DNA of 64,000 nucleotides from Synechococcus sp. (GTDB lineage Bacteria > Cyanobacteriota > Cyanobacteriia > PCC-6307 > Cyanobiaceae), in NCBI GenBank assembly GCA_047285535.1, contig JBJBDC010000001.1, positions 2,592,136 through 2,656,135 of the forward strand, read 5' to 3'. A program made the position numbers and the translations under genes. How positions within the stretch are numbered: the first letter of the stretch is position 1; every line of letters begins with the position of its first letter. The notes beneath the pieces are model-generated. The model saw nothing but the letters and a program-made list of their open reading frames with translations. It made no database searches and was not told the origin of the DNA. Positions 11,968 through 23,388 of the stretch are shown one piece after another.

Positions 11968-11984
11968 TGGAATCAAAGGTGGTC

Positions 11985-12404
11985 TCAGCGCAATGAATAG
12001 AGAGAGAGAAAGAAAGCAAAGCCAAGAGCAAGACTGCCAAAAATCAGGACATTTTTTTGGCCAGGAGTGAGGCGATTAACGCCGAGTCCAAAATTGAGAT
12101 TTTCTTCAAAGCCGCTTGCTTTAGAGCGAGGTCCAATGTCTATAAAAGCGCCAACTTTGCTTCGGCAGACAGGGCAACGAAAGCGAATCGCGTCGAGATC
12201 TTCGAATGCCGTGCCATTGACGATCCCCAGCTTTTTAATGCCTTCACTGGGGTCGTAAACGTAGCCGCAGCTACGGCATTCGAATCGGTGGGTCCTTGGG
12301 TCAGATGTCTTTTTTTCTTTTTCGGAGTTTGACTCCGTTAATTCCTCCCCGGGAGGCTTGATCTCGGCGGGCACATCCGCTGATGAACTGATCTCGTCGC
12401 TCAC
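11985..12404 (-). CDS. rubA: Membrane-anchored rubredoxin
   Basis: CRSCGYVYDP...CPVC, C-terminal TM helix; GTG 12404 likely start. Confidence 0.92.
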   Translation of the reverse strand: MSDEISSSADVPAEIKPPGEELTESNSEKEKKTSDPRTHRFECRSCGYVYDPSEGIKKLGIVNGTAFEDLDAIRFRCPVCRSKVGAFIDIGPRSKASGFEENLNFGLGVNRLTPGQKNVLIFGSLALGFAFFLSLYSLR

Positions 12405-12504
12405 CGCTTCACGATTAGGTGCCAAGACTCTATCGGCGTTAGGCCTCTCAACGACAGATGTTGGCTGTGAATGCCAGACTGGGCACAAGATCGGGCCTGC
12501 CTGA

Positions 12505-12867
12505 ATGTTTGTGCTGCCGGGTTATGACGCTTTCCTTGGTTTTCTGCTGATCGCAGCGGCTGTGCCGGTGTTGGCGTTGGTGACCAACAAACTCTTGGCT
12601 CCTGCCAGCCAAAGCGGTGAGCGAGAGCTCACCTATGAGTCCGGCATGGAGCCGATTGGTGGGGCCTGGATTCAATTCAATATTCGCTATTACATGTTTG
12701 CCCTCGTTTTCGTCATCTTCGATGTCGAGACAGTGTTCCTATATCCCTGGGCGGTGGCATTCCATCGCTTGGGATTGCTTGCGTTTATCGAAGCCTTGGT
12801 TTTCATTACCATTCTGCTCGTGGCTTTGGCTTATGCATGGCGCAAAGGCGCCCTCGAATGGAGTTGA
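12505..12867 (+). CDS. ndhC: NDH-1 subunit 3
   Basis: [33 protein letters not shown]...KGALEWS. Confidence 0.97.
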   Translation: MFVLPGYDAFLGFLLIAAAVPVLALVTNKLLAPASQSGERELTYESGMEPIGGAWIQFNIRYYMFALVFVIFDVETVFLYPWAVAFHRLGLLAFIEALVFITILLVALAYAWRKGALEWS

Positions 12868-13650
12868 TTGTTGACTGATCCCTTCACCATGAATGCAGCT
12901 GACGAAAGACCATCCATCCAGGCCCTTCGTGATCTTCGTGAAGCGAGTTGTGGACCAATAGGAGGTTCCTTAGAGGGCTCTCCCGCTGTGACCAGCGATT
13001 TGAGTGAAAACGTCATCCTGACTAGCCTTGATGACCTGCACAACTGGGCCCGTCTCAGCAGCCTCTGGCCTCTTCTCTATGGAACGGCTTGTTGCTTTAT
13101 TGAATTTGCTGCTTTGCTCGGATCGAGATTTGATTTTGATCGCTTTGGTCTCGTTCCGCGGAGTTCACCCCGTCAAGCTGATCTATTGATTGTTGCTGGC
13201 ACGGTCACCATGAAAATGGCGCCGGCTTTGGTCCGCCTTTATGAGCAGATGCCGGAACCCAAGTACGTCATCGCAATGGGTGCCTGCACCATCACAGGAG
13301 GAATGTTTAGTGCAGACTCGACAACTGCTGTACGCGGTGTCGACAAACTGATTCCGGTAGATCTTTATCTTCCTGGATGTCCACCTCGCCCAGAAGCCAT
13401 TTTTGATGCGGTGATCAAGCTGCGTAAAAAAGTTGGCAATGAGTCAGTCAGTGATCGTCGTCAGCTCAAGCAAATCCACCGTTATTTCACTGTTGAGCAT
13501 TCAATGACTGTGGTGGAGCCAATCGTGACTGGCGCTTACCTCCGTGCAGAAACTCAGGTTGCTGCGCTTGCTCCAGGAGCAGGCATTCCGATCTCTGCTC
13601 CAAGTCAAACTGAATTCGCTGACCCCGTTTCATCTGGTAAGTCTTCATGA
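12868..13650 (+). CDS. ndhK: NDH-1 subunit K
   Basis: [26 protein letters not shown]; start may be ATG 12889. Confidence 0.96.
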   Translation: MLTDPFTMNAADERPSIQALRDLREASCGPIGGSLEGSPAVTSDLSENVILTSLDDLHNWARLSSLWPLLYGTACCFIEFAALLGSRFDFDRFGLVPRSSPRQADLLIVAGTVTMKMAPALVRLYEQMPEPKYVIAMGACTITGGMFSADSTTAVRGVDKLIPVDLYLPGCPPRPEAIFDAVIKLRKKVGNESVSDRRQLKQIHRYFTVEHSMTVVEPIVTGAYLRAETQVAALAPGAGIPISAPSQTEFADPVSSGKSS

Positions 13651-14198
13651 GTCCCAATCCAGCTGAGAAACCCTCTTCTTCTGAAGTTCCAGTTGCTGCA
13701 AAGCCTCAACCTGGACCCGTCAGCCAGTGGCTTCATGATCAAGGTTTTGACCATGACTCCCTTGAATCTGACCATTTAGGCGTTGAACAAATTGGTGTAG
13801 AGGCCGTTTTTATTCAAGTCATTGCTGCTGCTCTGAAAAGTCATGGTTTCGATTACTTGCAATGCCAGGGCGGCTACGACGAAGGCCCAGGCCAGCAGCT
13901 GGTTTGTTTCTATCACTTGGTTGCGATGGCTGAGCTTATTGACAATCAGAGCGACGCCTTGCGTGAAGTACGCCTCAAAGTGTTCTTATCCAGAGAAGGG
14001 GAACCCTCCCTTCCGAGTCTTTATGGGCTTTTTCGAGGTGCTGATTGGCAAGAGCGAGAAACATTTGACATGTTCGGCATCCGATTTGAAGGACATCCCC
14101 ATCCCAAAAGGCTGCTAATGCCAGAGGATTGGACTGGATGGCCTCTGCGCAAGGATTACGTGCAACCGGACTTTTATGAGATGCAGGATGCTTACTGA
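13647..14198 (+). CDS. ndhJ: NDH-1 subunit J
   Basis: [34 protein letters not shown]. Confidence 0.96.
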   Translation: MSPNPAEKPSSSEVPVAAKPQPGPVSQWLHDQGFDHDSLESDHLGVEQIGVEAVFIQVIAAALKSHGFDYLQCQGGYDEGPGQQLVCFYHLVAMAELIDNQSDALREVRLKVFLSREGEPSLPSLYGLFRGADWQERETFDMFGIRFEGHPHPKRLLMPEDWTGWPLRKDYVQPDFYEMQDAY

Positions 14199-14203
14199 AT
14201 TAA

Positions 14204-15604
14204 TTATGTGTTTTGACTATCTCGCTTATGGCGTCTGTAAAACCGCATGACAGCTAACGCAAGGCTGCGTGGGTCATGTCGCAAGGTTGCGGTTGGCCGG
14301 CTCCCTTGAAGAGGGGCTTGCATGACTTCAAACCCTTCCCTTTGAAGTTGAGTCCTGTCGCAAATCACAGGTTCTGCCCCTCGTTTTCGATAGTGCGCTA
14401 GGAGCGCGGATTCTTGAATGGGTTCCTGAGCGAGCACACAGTCAAATAAACGATTACTAACACCGAGAGAGGCAAGCTGCGCTTCGATGGCGCGTAAATG
14501 ACTACTGACGTCCAACCCATCTGTTTCTCCTGGTTGGGTCATCAGATTGCAGATATAAAGCCGTGGAGCTTTGCTCCGTTGAATGGCGGTGACGAGCTCC
14601 GGTACCAGCAAGTTGGGAAGAAGTGAGGTGTAGAGACTTCCTGGCCCCAGCAAAATGAGATCGGCATGAGCAATCGCTTCCAGGGCCCTTGGCAATGCCG
14701 GAGGCTGTTCTGGCAGACATCCCATGCGAACAATGGGGCTGTGGGCCTTTCCGATGGCGGACTCTCCTTCGATCCGGCTACCGTCTTCGAGCTCAGCCCA
14801 GAGACGAACATCAACATTGGTGGCGGGTACCACCTGACCCTGAACCGCCAGTACGCGGCTTGAAGCTGTGATAGCTGTTTCTAAGCTCCCAGTGATAGCG
14901 CTGAGTGCGGACAAAAAGAGATTTCCAAAGCTGTGTCCTTCCAGGCCATTGCCAGCTGAGAAGCGGTATTGAAAAAGACGAGTCAGAAGCGGTTCTTCTG
15001 TCGACAGTGCGGCAAGACAGTTGCGAATGTCACCAGGAGGAAGCACGCCAAGTTCGCGACGCAATACTCCGCTGCTACCCCCATCGTCGGCAACGGTAAC
15101 GATCGCTGTGATGTGACTGCTGTAACGCTTGAGCCCACTCAGCAAGGTGGATAAGCCTGTCCCACCGCCGATGGCCACAATGTTGGGTCCTCGGTTCAGG
15201 CGACTTTTTGCGCGTAGGGCATCCACTAAAACCGTTTCTTTTTCTGGCGCTAGCGCCTGTTGAATTGAGCCAAAGCTCTGGCTTTGCCCCCAGAGCAGCA
15301 ACCCGATTCCCAGGAGCAGGACAAGAGGACCTGTAATAGCTCCAGGCAGGATTCTTGTGATCCACCGAAGGGATTCCTGAATCGCCCAGAGCATCCAGTA
15401 GATGGGTTGCAAGTCCGCCCAGACTGCGGCCCCAAGAAGGGCCAAAACCAATCCAATCCCTGAGGTTAAAAGCCATCGCTTTACCACCAGTCCAGGTTGC
15501 AACCAGCTCATCGCTCTGCGGGATCGCAGCATTAGTTGGCGCTGCCGATCGGCCTGCATGGCGAGGACGCGCTTACGGTTTCCGCGACGAGGGGGGCTGG
15601 TCAA
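14204..15604 (-). CDS. YvcK/CofD-like gluconeogenesis factor with N-terminal TM segments
   Basis: GGGTGLS, VADDGGSSG, PPGDIRN, GHSFGNL, GPGSLYTS; start uncertain. Confidence 0.88.
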   Translation of the reverse strand: MTSPPRRGNRKRVLAMQADRQRQLMLRSRRAMSWLQPGLVVKRWLLTSGIGLVLALLGAAVWADLQPIYWMLWAIQESLRWITRILPGAITGPLVLLLGIGLLLWGQSQSFGSIQQALAPEKETVLVDALRAKSRLNRGPNIVAIGGGTGLSTLLSGLKRYSSHITAIVTVADDGGSSGVLRRELGVLPPGDIRNCLAALSTEEPLLTRLFQYRFSAGNGLEGHSFGNLFLSALSAITGSLETAITASSRVLAVQGQVVPATNVDVRLWAELEDGSRIEGESAIGKAHSPIVRMGCLPEQPPALPRALEAIAHADLILLGPGSLYTSLLPNLLVPELVTAIQRSKAPRLYICNLMTQPGETDGLDVSSHLRAIEAQLASLGVSNRLFDCVLAQEPIQESALLAHYRKRGAEPVICDRTQLQREGFEVMQAPLQGSRPTATLRHDPRSLALAVMRFYRRHKRDSQNT

Positions 15605-15659
15605 AAGGAATCGGTTGCGATGGCATCAGTTCCATCGGAATGAATGAACTGTACGGAAG

Positions 15660-16526
15660 TTGAACCTGATGGCTATTGTTTTGGTCCAATCCATGCAGGA
15701 TGAATCAACAACTAACCATCACCCTTTAGTGAATACACGGGATTCCTCTCTAAAACCTGTTGTTGAGATGAGAGATCTCACCATGCAGTGGGGCCCCAAT
15801 CCTGTTCTGGATAGGGTCAATCTCTTCATGAAACCAGGTGAGCGAATCGCGGTTGTTGGTCCTTCTGGGGCTGGTAAATCAACGGTTTTACGGCTTTTGG
15901 CCGGTTTGCAACTGGCCTCAGCTGGTGAGCTGAGGTTGTTTGGTGAGCCACAGCCCTATCTGCGCCTTGATCAACGACGACCGCCGGATGTTCGTCTTGT
16001 TTTCCAGAATCCAGCACTGCTGGCTTCTCTGACTGTCGAGGAAAATGTCGGGTTTTTATTGACGCGTTTGGGACGGCTATCCCCTGCCTTGATCAGGGAA
16101 AGGGTGATGGCCTGCCTTGAAGCGGTGGGTCTTGACGATGTGGTGGATAAGTATCCCGGTCAACTCAGTGGTGGTATGCAGAAACGTGTGAGTTTCGCTA
16201 GGGCCTTGATCGATGATCCCGATCGTGATGAAGGAGCGATGCCTCTGTTGCTTTATGACGAACCAACCGCTGGTCTTGATCCCGTGGCCTCCACCAGAAT
16301 CGAAGACTTAATCGTGAAAACCACCACTGTTGCCCGTGGATGTTCCGTGGTTGTGAGTCATGTGCACAGCACAATCGAGCGCTCAGCCGAGAGGATTGTG
16401 ATGCTCTACGGCGGCCGATTTCAGTGGGATGGAACCGTTGAGGAGTACAGAACAACTGAAAACCCCTATGTCGTTCAGTTCAGGACGGGTAACCTGCGCG
16501 GACCTATGCAGCCTGCCGAGCACTAA
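15660..16526 (+). CDS. MlaF/Tgd3-type ABC ATPase
   Basis: GPSGAGKS, LSGGMQKRV, LYDEPTAGLDP; adjacent to MlaD; true start probably downstream. Confidence 0.9.
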   Translation: MNLMAIVLVQSMQDESTTNHHPLVNTRDSSLKPVVEMRDLTMQWGPNPVLDRVNLFMKPGERIAVVGPSGAGKSTVLRLLAGLQLASAGELRLFGEPQPYLRLDQRRPPDVRLVFQNPALLASLTVEENVGFLLTRLGRLSPALIRERVMACLEAVGLDDVVDKYPGQLSGGMQKRVSFARALIDDPDRDEGAMPLLLYDEPTAGLDPVASTRIEDLIVKTTTVARGCSVVVSHVHSTIERSAERIVMLYGGRFQWDGTVEEYRTTENPYVVQFRTGNLRGPMQPAEH

Positions 16527-16529
16527 ATC

Positions 16530-17423
16530 ATGCGTCGCAGTGTCCGTGAAGCAATCGTTGGTTTTTCCATTATTGGTGCTGTGGTCGCCTTTGCTGGCAC
16601 CTTGCTTTGGTTGAGAGGAGTGCGGATTGGAGCTAACACCTGGAGGGTGACGGCTGATTTCAAGAATGCTGGAGGATTGGCTATCCGCTCTCCTGTCACG
16701 TACAGGGGAATCATGGTGGGCCAGGTGAGGGCCATCAAAGTGACCCCACAGGCTGTGAAAGTGACCCTGGAGATTTCTAGGGATGGCCTCCAATTGCCTT
16801 TGCCTGTTCGAGCCTCTGTGTCTTCGGAATCCCTATTGGGTGGAGATTCTCAGGTGGCTTTGACCAGTTTTGGGCCACCCCTCAGGGAGGATGCTCCGAC
16901 GCCCAAATCTCCCCTCTGCAAAGGCAACGGTGTCCTTTGTGATGGGGCAACGATTCAGGGTGTCCAGGCACCAAGCATCGCAACGATTACAACGTCTTTC
17001 CAGAAGCTTTTGGATCAGGCAAAGACAGAACAGTTGGTGCCCAAGGTGGTTGGGTCTACGAAACAATTCGATAGCACGTTGCAGGACATTGAGAAGCTCG
17101 CAGAACAACTGAGATTTGATTTGGCAAGGGCCGCGCCCACCATCGCAAATCTCAATGAAGCTACCGCTCAAGCGGCAAGTGCGAGTCGGCATATCAATAA
17201 TCTGGTGAGTGCCTTTGACACACCCACCACCATTACGAATCTCAACGAAACCGTTAGCAATGCCCGGTCTTTGACGGAAACGTTCGATGCCGTGGGTGGT
17301 GATGTGGAAAAACTTACGGCAGATCCCCAGTTCATGGCCGCCGTTCGGAGCGTCACGATTGGATTGGGGCAGTTTTTCCACGAGCTCTATCCAGCTCGTA
17401 CCCCAGATGTGGCTAAGCCCTAA
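16530..17423 (+). CDS. MlaD/MCE family protein (Ycf22/Tgd2-like)
   Basis: N-terminal [24 protein letters not shown], helical C-terminus. Confidence 0.9.
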   Translation: MRRSVREAIVGFSIIGAVVAFAGTLLWLRGVRIGANTWRVTADFKNAGGLAIRSPVTYRGIMVGQVRAIKVTPQAVKVTLEISRDGLQLPLPVRASVSSESLLGGDSQVALTSFGPPLREDAPTPKSPLCKGNGVLCDGATIQGVQAPSIATITTSFQKLLDQAKTEQLVPKVVGSTKQFDSTLQDIEKLAEQLRFDLARAAPTIANLNEATAQAASASRHINNLVSAFDTPTTITNLNETVSNARSLTETFDAVGGDVEKLTADPQFMAAVRSVTIGLGQFFHELYPARTPDVAKP

Positions 17424-19510
17424 ATCGCAGTGAGAGCGTCCATGGCAATGGCCGCAATAGCCTGATCACTGGCTTTTGGTAATTGAACATATTTACCTCC
17501 GGCAGCTTCGGCAAGATCTTTGCCCATGCCGCTACCGATGAATTTGCGTTCGGTGTCGATCACCAGCAGCTTGAGGCCGAGCATCCGATAGCGGCTGGCC
17601 ACATCCAACACTTCTTGTTTTAAGTCGGGCTTTTCCTCTCCCTCCAGCACGGGTTGTCCCAGAGAGGTGCTGAGGGGCACATTCCCTCGTCCGTCTGTAA
17701 TGGCGACCACAACGACCTGACCAAGATCGCCTGTGGCCAGGGCGTTGGCACCCACCCGGGCGGCTTGGGTCAGGCCATGGGCCAGTGGTGAGCCACCGCC
17801 GCAGGGCATCGACTCCAGGCGTCGCCGCGCGGCCGTAATCGAGCGGGTGGGGGGCAGCAGCACTTCAGCTTGATCACCGCGGAAAGGGATGAGTGCCACC
17901 TCGTCGCGGTTTTCGTAGGCCTCGGTGAGGAGTCGGATCACGGCCCCTTTGGCGCTCTGCATGCGGTTCAGAGCCATCGAACCACTGGCATCCACCAGAA
18001 AGATCACCAGGGCACCAGCCTGGCGTTGCAGCAGCTTGGCCCGCAGGTCGGACTCTTCAACAATGACGACGCGGTCAGGCTGCCGTGCTCGGCGAGCCTT
18101 TTGGTAAGGAGCTGCCGCTCGCAAGGTGGCATCGACTGCGATGCGGCGCACCGGGCCGCGAGGCAGCATTGGTTTCACATACCGGCCGCGGCTGTCACTG
18201 AGGACAACGGAGCGGCTGCCGCTGTTGCCACTTTTGCTCTTGGCAGCATTGAACAGCAGTAGATCGGGATCAATCGCTACGGACTCTGGATCGAGCATGA
18301 ATTCTTCTGGCACAGAAGGTGGTGTCTGCTGCTCAGGGGAATTGTCGTCATCGTCGTTGTTCTCTTCCTCCTCCTGCTCTTCGCCCTCCTGTTCATCGTC
18401 TTCCCCTGAGCCCTCAGGCGGAGGTGGTGGCTGTTGGTCTTGTTGGTCCTGGGGTGGGGGCGGTTCCATCTGTTGTTCAGGTGGGGGCACTTGCGACGCG
18501 CGTGGGGCGATCACCAACGCAACGGCCACTTGCAAGTCTTCAGCTTCCACCTGATCGCGCCCGCTGAGGGCCGCATGGGCTTTGGCGGCACGCACGGCAT
18601 AGAGCTCGGAGCGATGCCCTTCCACGCCACCGCGAATCGCCTCGGTCACCAGATATTCGATCTGTTCGCTACTGATCTGGACATCCGGAAGCCATTGCCG
18701 CGCCAGGAGCAGTTGGGTGGCGAGCGCGTCGGTTTCTTCGCTCCACTTGTCTGAGAAGCTCTGGCTGCAATGGCCGTGGGCCAGCACCGAGTTGGTGATC
18801 TCCACCCGTTGCTCAGTGCTAACGATTTGATTGGCGGACAAGACGATCGCAAAGCGATCGAGTAGGTGATCTCGGATGGCCCCTTCTTCGGGGTTGTACG
18901 TGGCAATAAGCAGTGGCCGACAGGGGTGGTTCAGGCTGAGCCCCTCCCGTTCCACCTGGTTCTCGCCGCTGCCAACGGCGGCAAGTAAAAGATTGATGAT
19001 CCCGTCGTCCAGCAGATTCAGCTCATCCACATAGAGCACGCCACGGTGTGCTTCCGCCAGCAATCCTGGCTGGAAGACGGGTGAACCACTGGCCAAGGAG
19101 GCGGTGACATCAACGGAACCCACCAAGCGATCTTCCGTAACGCCGAGGGGAATCTGGATGAATGGGGCTGGAATCACTGATGTGGGTGGATCTTCCGGCC
19201 GTTCGCCCCAATCCTGTGGATTCTTTGGATCGAGGTTGCGTCCCGGCAGCTTCGTTTCTCCAGCTGCATCAAGATCAACGATGTCGATGGGAGGAAGCAG
19301 GGCATGCAAGCCTCGCGCCAGCACCGATTTTCCCGTGCCACGGCCGCCAGCAATGATCACGCCGCCTAAGCCCGGATCCACCGCTGCCAGCAGTAGAGCT
19401 AACTTGAGTGTGCCGTGACCAGTAATGGCGGCCAGCGGGAACGCCCGGCTGGCCTGATCCAGAGCCGTTGTGCCGATGACCCCGTTTGATGTCATCCCGC
19501 TTGCAACCAT
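17420..19510 (-). CDS. chlD: Magnesium chelatase subunit D
   Basis: [19 protein letters not shown], Pro/Glu linker, vWA DASGSM. Confidence 0.96.
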   Translation of the reverse strand: MVASGMTSNGVIGTTALDQASRAFPLAAITGHGTLKLALLLAAVDPGLGGVIIAGGRGTGKSVLARGLHALLPPIDIVDLDAAGETKLPGRNLDPKNPQDWGERPEDPPTSVIPAPFIQIPLGVTEDRLVGSVDVTASLASGSPVFQPGLLAEAHRGVLYVDELNLLDDGIINLLLAAVGSGENQVEREGLSLNHPCRPLLIATYNPEEGAIRDHLLDRFAIVLSANQIVSTEQRVEITNSVLAHGHCSQSFSDKWSEETDALATQLLLARQWLPDVQISSEQIEYLVTEAIRGGVEGHRSELYAVRAAKAHAALSGRDQVEAEDLQVAVALVIAPRASQVPPPEQQMEPPPPQDQQDQQPPPPPEGSGEDDEQEGEEQEEEENNDDDDNSPEQQTPPSVPEEFMLDPESVAIDPDLLLFNAAKSKSGNSGSRSVVLSDSRGRYVKPMLPRGPVRRIAVDATLRAAAPYQKARRARQPDRVVIVEESDLRAKLLQRQAGALVIFLVDASGSMALNRMQSAKGAVIRLLTEAYENRDEVALIPFRGDQAEVLLPPTRSITAARRRLESMPCGGGSPLAHGLTQAARVGANALATGDLGQVVVVAITDGRGNVPLSTSLGQPVLEGEEKPDLKQEVLDVASRYRMLGLKLLVIDTERKFIGSGMGKDLAEAAGGKYVQLPKASDQAIAAIAMDALTAI

Positions 19511-19512
19511 GG

Positions 19513-20079
19513 ATGCGCCTTGACTCCATCTTGAGCAACAGTCTCGCTGATCAGACCCACAGCCTTGCTGTGGCCCTGGGCGCCAATCAGTCCGGCCCTG
19601 CTGGCTCGCCGCTGCAGACTCTCACGGCAGTAAGGCCTTTGCTGGAGGCTGTGATGGGCAGCTGGGCTCAGTCCATGGAAGGGAACAGCCCAGGCACAAC
19701 GGCTCTGACCTGCGCCTCTTCAGCACTGACGTTTTCTTGGTCTCCGTTGCAGCAAACCGCACCTGTGGGTGGACCGATCGATCAGCCGTCGTATCTCAAT
19801 GCAGTTCTGCTGGTGAAGGGCCTGGAGCTGAAGCCTGCGTCAATCGCTGCGTTGTGCTTGTTGGATGCACTCCAACAGGTGGAGCGATCCTTCGGGCGCA
19901 ACCGTGCTCAGGAGGAACGCTGGGGACCGCGGTCACTCGACCTTGATCTCTTGTTTTGGGGGGAGTTGCGTTTGGATCATCCGCGTTTGACGCTGCCGCA
20001 CCCCCGCTTGCATTTGCGCTGTTTTGTGATGGAGCCATTGCTCGCGGCCATGCAGGTTTCAACGCCCTGGCTGAGCTGA
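19513..20079 (+). CDS. folK: 6-hydroxymethyl-7,8-dihydropterin pyrophosphokinase
   Basis: [42 protein letters not shown]; start uncertain. Confidence 0.92.
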   Translation: MRLDSILSNSLADQTHSLAVALGANQSGPAGSPLQTLTAVRPLLEAVMGSWAQSMEGNSPGTTALTCASSALTFSWSPLQQTAPVGGPIDQPSYLNAVLLVKGLELKPASIAALCLLDALQQVERSFGRNRAQEERWGPRSLDLDLLFWGELRLDHPRLTLPHPRLHLRCFVMEPLLAAMQVSTPWLS

Positions 20080-20146
20080 AAGATCTGCTGACGCACGGCT
20101 GTGAGACTGAACTCGCCATGCTGGTTTGACAGCTTGCTCGATTTAC

Positions 20147-20707
20147 ATGGCCCCGCTTCCCGCGCCTGAGCCCTCCAAGTTGTTGGAGACCCTCGAGATC
20201 ATGGATGCGCGCAAGATTCGTTTCGAGCGCAACCGCATCCTGTTGCCCATGGGGGTGGAGGGAACGTTTGGGATCATTCGCCACCCAGGCGCCTCACTGG
20301 CAGTTCCCATCACGTCTGACGGCCAGGTTGTGATTTTGCGTCAATATCGTTTTGCGGTGCAGGCACGTCTTCTTGAGTTCCCTGCGGGCACCCTCGAAGA
20401 GGGTGAAGATCCCCTGGCATCAATGCAACGAGAGCTTGGGGAAGAAGCTGGATACAGCGCTGCCCGTTGGGATGCGCTTGGCCCGATGTTGCCTTGTCCT
20501 GGATACTCCGACGAGGTGATTCATTGCTTTTTGGCGCGGGACCTCACGCGTTTGGAGCATCCACCCACTGGCGATGACGATGAGGATCTTGAGGTGATCT
20601 TGATGAGTCCGTCGGAATTGGATGCCCATCTGGCATCCGGCGATGAATGGCTGGATGGCAAGAGCGTCACCGCCTGGTTCCGTGCCAAGCAACTGTTGGG
20701 TCTCTGA
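20147..20707 (+). CDS. NUDIX hydrolase (ADP-ribose pyrophosphatase-like)
   Basis: Nudix box PAGTLEEGEDPLASMQRELGEEAGY, RQYR motif. Confidence 0.9.
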   Translation: MAPLPAPEPSKLLETLEIMDARKIRFERNRILLPMGVEGTFGIIRHPGASLAVPITSDGQVVILRQYRFAVQARLLEFPAGTLEEGEDPLASMQRELGEEAGYSAARWDALGPMLPCPGYSDEVIHCFLARDLTRLEHPPTGDDDEDLEVILMSPSELDAHLASGDEWLDGKSVTAWFRAKQLLGL

Positions 20708-22185
20708 TGACGGCGTCTCGTGTTTTGTTTTGGCATCGCCGCGACCTGCGCTTGGCAGACAACCTCGGTTTGCAGGCGGCCGAGGCGATCAGCCCTGCGG
20801 TAACGGGCGTGTATGTTCTGGATCCAGCGCTGATCCACCCACCTGAGTCGTTGCCACCGATGGCTCCAGCTCGACTTTGGTTCCTGGTGGAAAGTCTGCG
20901 CGAGCTTCAGCGGCGCTGGCGTGATGTGGGGAGTCGTTTGCTGGTGGTGGCCGGCGATCCGGTGCAGCTGCTGCCGCGTTTGGCGTCGTTACTGGAGGCG
21001 TCGGCGGTGGTCTGGAGCCGGGATGTGGAGCCCTATGCACGGGAACGCGACCGTCAGGTGGCCAAAGCACTGCAAGCGGATGGTCGCAAGGTGTTGGTGG
21101 ATTGGGATCAGCTGCTGCTGGCACCGGATTTGATCAAAACCGGTGGTGGTGATCCGTATCGCGTGTTTGGTCCTTTCCTGCGCAATTGGCGCGGGCAGGT
21201 GGAGCGCCGTGCGCCAAGCACGGTGGACGCTCCCAGGGCCTTGATCGATCTGGAGGCCGAAATGCTGGAAGCCGTTCGTGGTGGTGAGAGTGCGTTAGGC
21301 CGTTTGTGCACTGATGGGCAGCGGCAGCTGGAGCAGTTGCAGGTTGAGCACGGTTTTCGTGGCACAGATCTGTGCCCCAGTCGTCCAGGAGAGGTCGCGG
21401 CAGCTGAGCAGTTAGCCACTTTTGCTGAAGGGGCCTTGTTGGCCTATGAACCCGATCGCAATTTCCCGGGGATGCCAGGAACGTCTTATCTCAGTGCGGG
21501 ATTAAGTGTGGGTACGGTCAGTCCTCGACAGGCCTGGTGCGCTGCCCAAGGAGTCAAGGAGATCGCCCGTAGTGATGAGCAACGGCAGGCGATCACGGTG
21601 TGGGAACAGGAACTCTGCTGGCGTGAGTTTTACCAGCAGGCCTTGTTCCATTTCCCAGAACTGGCGGATGGTCCTTATCGCGAGCAGTGGCGGCGTTTCC
21701 CCTGGGAAAACAACAGCGACTGGTTTGATGCTTGGAGGGAAGGACAAACGGGGATGCCGATTATTGATGCGGCGATGCGACAGCTCAACCAAAGCGGCTG
21801 GATGCATAACCGTTGCCGCATGATCGTGGCCTCATTCCTTGTGAAGGATTTGATCTGTGATTGGCGTTGGGGCGAGCGCGCCTTCATGGAGTTGGAGGTG
21901 GATGGAGATTTGGCTGCCAACAATGGTGGCTGGCAATGGAGCGCCAGCAGTGGCATGGATCCAAAGCCTTTGCGGATTTTTAACCCGGCCACTCAGGCGT
22001 CGAAATTTGATGCCGAGGGTGAGTACATCCGTGAATGGGTTCCTGAATTGCGTCACGTGAACACCAAGGACTTGATCAGTGGTGAGATCGCTGCTTTAGA
22101 GCGCAGGGGCTATCCGCAGCAGCTGATTCATCACAAGGTGCAGCAGGCCAAGTTCAGGGCGCTTTACGCCACCATCCGCTCTTGA
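20707..22185 (+). CDS. phrA: CPD photolyase (class I-like)
   Basis: WHRRDLRLADN, TSYLS, ELCWREFY, GWMHNRCRMIVASFL, ANNGGWQWSAS, RIFNP; ATG overlaps NUDIX stop. Confidence 0.92.
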   Translation: MTASRVLFWHRRDLRLADNLGLQAAEAISPAVTGVYVLDPALIHPPESLPPMAPARLWFLVESLRELQRRWRDVGSRLLVVAGDPVQLLPRLASLLEASAVVWSRDVEPYARERDRQVAKALQADGRKVLVDWDQLLLAPDLIKTGGGDPYRVFGPFLRNWRGQVERRAPSTVDAPRALIDLEAEMLEAVRGGESALGRLCTDGQRQLEQLQVEHGFRGTDLCPSRPGEVAAAEQLATFAEGALLAYEPDRNFPGMPGTSYLSAGLSVGTVSPRQAWCAAQGVKEIARSDEQRQAITVWEQELCWREFYQQALFHFPELADGPYREQWRRFPWENNSDWFDAWREGQTGMPIIDAAMRQLNQSGWMHNRCRMIVASFLVKDLICDWRWGERAFMELEVDGDLAANNGGWQWSASSGMDPKPLRIFNPATQASKFDAEGEYIREWVPELRHVNTKDLISGEIAALERRGYPQQLIHHKVQQAKFRALYATIRS

Positions 22186-23378
22186 ATCTGAGCAACGAGT
22201 TGCTTGCGCAACACCATGATCACCCGTTCCTGTTGTTCAGGCGTTAATTCCGGAAAGATGGGCAGACTCAGCACCTCGCTACACAGTTGATCTGTGATCG
22301 GTAGGTTGCCCTCAGCGTGTGCTTGGCCTTCGTATGCCGGCTGGCGATGGATTGGGATGGGGTAATAAATGATCGTGTTAACACCTTGCTCTTGGAGGCT
22401 TTGCTTGAGCCAGTCACGGCAACGACTGGAGGGCAGGTCAAAGGGGCTCGCTGATTCGGAGCAGGTTTTTCCGCAGGAGGGCTGGTTGGCAGGGCAGAGA
22501 TTGACGCGCACCACAAACTGATTCCAGCCATGGCCAACGCTTGCATTCGTGGCGGCATCAGGGAGCTCAATGCCTGGGATGTCTTTGAGAGCTTCCAGAT
22601 AGCGCTTGGCGATTGCTGCTCGCTTCTCGACCCATCCGCTGAGGTATGGCAGCTTCACGTTGAGAACAGCGGCCTGAATGGAATCGAGGCGGCTGTTGTA
22701 GCCCAAGGCGGTGTGGAGGTAGCGGCGGGGCATGCCATGAACCGCCAGCTCACGCATGCGTTGGGCCAGATCATCGTCTTGGCAGGTGATGGCGCCGCCA
22801 TCACCTGCAGCTCCGAGATTTTTCGTGGGGAAAAAGCTGAAACAGCCCACATCGCCCCAACTGCCAACGGGTTTGGAGTCCCAGCTGGCCCCAGTCGCCT
22901 GCGCGCAGTCCTCCACCACCTTGAGCCCATGACGATGGGCGATGTCCATCACGCGGGCCATGTTCACCGGACGGCCGAACAGGTGAACGGGTAGCAGCGC
23001 CTTGGTGGCGGGTGTGATTGCGGCTTCAATCAGATCGAGGTCGATCAGATAGGTGACAGGGTCCACGTCCACGAACACGGGCGTCGCTCCCACAGCACTG
23101 ATCGCTTCGGCCGTTGCAAAGAAGCTGAAGGATGCGGTGATCACCTCATCGCCAGAGCCGATGCCAAGGCCTCGCAACGCCAGGACCAAGGCATCAGTAC
23201 CGCTGTTGCACCCCACGGCATGACGGCTGTTCACGCTTGCGGCAAACGCGTCCTCAAATTGTTGGATCTCGGCGCCACCGATGTATTGCCCACTGCGTAA
23301 CACCCGCAAGACGGCATCATCGAGCTCTGATCCGAGAACGGCGAGCTGATCTTTGAGGCTGAACGGAGGCACCTGCAT
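22164..23378 (-). CDS. DegT/DnrJ/EryC1/StrS PLP aminotransferase
   Basis: NSGTDAL, EDCAQATG, SFFPTKNLGAAGDGG, NSRLDSIQAA. Confidence 0.92.
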   Translation of the reverse strand: MQVPPFSLKDQLAVLGSELDDAVLRVLRSGQYIGGAEIQQFEDAFAASVNSRHAVGCNSGTDALVLALRGLGIGSGDEVITASFSFFATAEAISAVGATPVFVDVDPVTYLIDLDLIEAAITPATKALLPVHLFGRPVNMARVMDIAHRHGLKVVEDCAQATGASWDSKPVGSWGDVGCFSFFPTKNLGAAGDGGAITCQDDDLAQRMRELAVHGMPRRYLHTALGYNSRLDSIQAAVLNVKLPYLSGWVEKRAAIAKRYLEALKDIPGIELPDAATNASVGHGWNQFVVRVNLCPANQPSCGKTCSESASPFDLPSSRCRDWLKQSLQEQGVNTIIYYPIPIHRQPAYEGQAHAEGNLPITDQLCSEVLSLPIFPELTPEQQERVIMVLRKQLVAQIQERMVA

Positions 23379-23388
23379 GGCGGGCACC

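Noticed and set aside
18300..18490. Low-complexity Pro/Gln/Glu/Asp-coding stretch
   Set aside because: Normal ChlD linker between AAA and vWA domains
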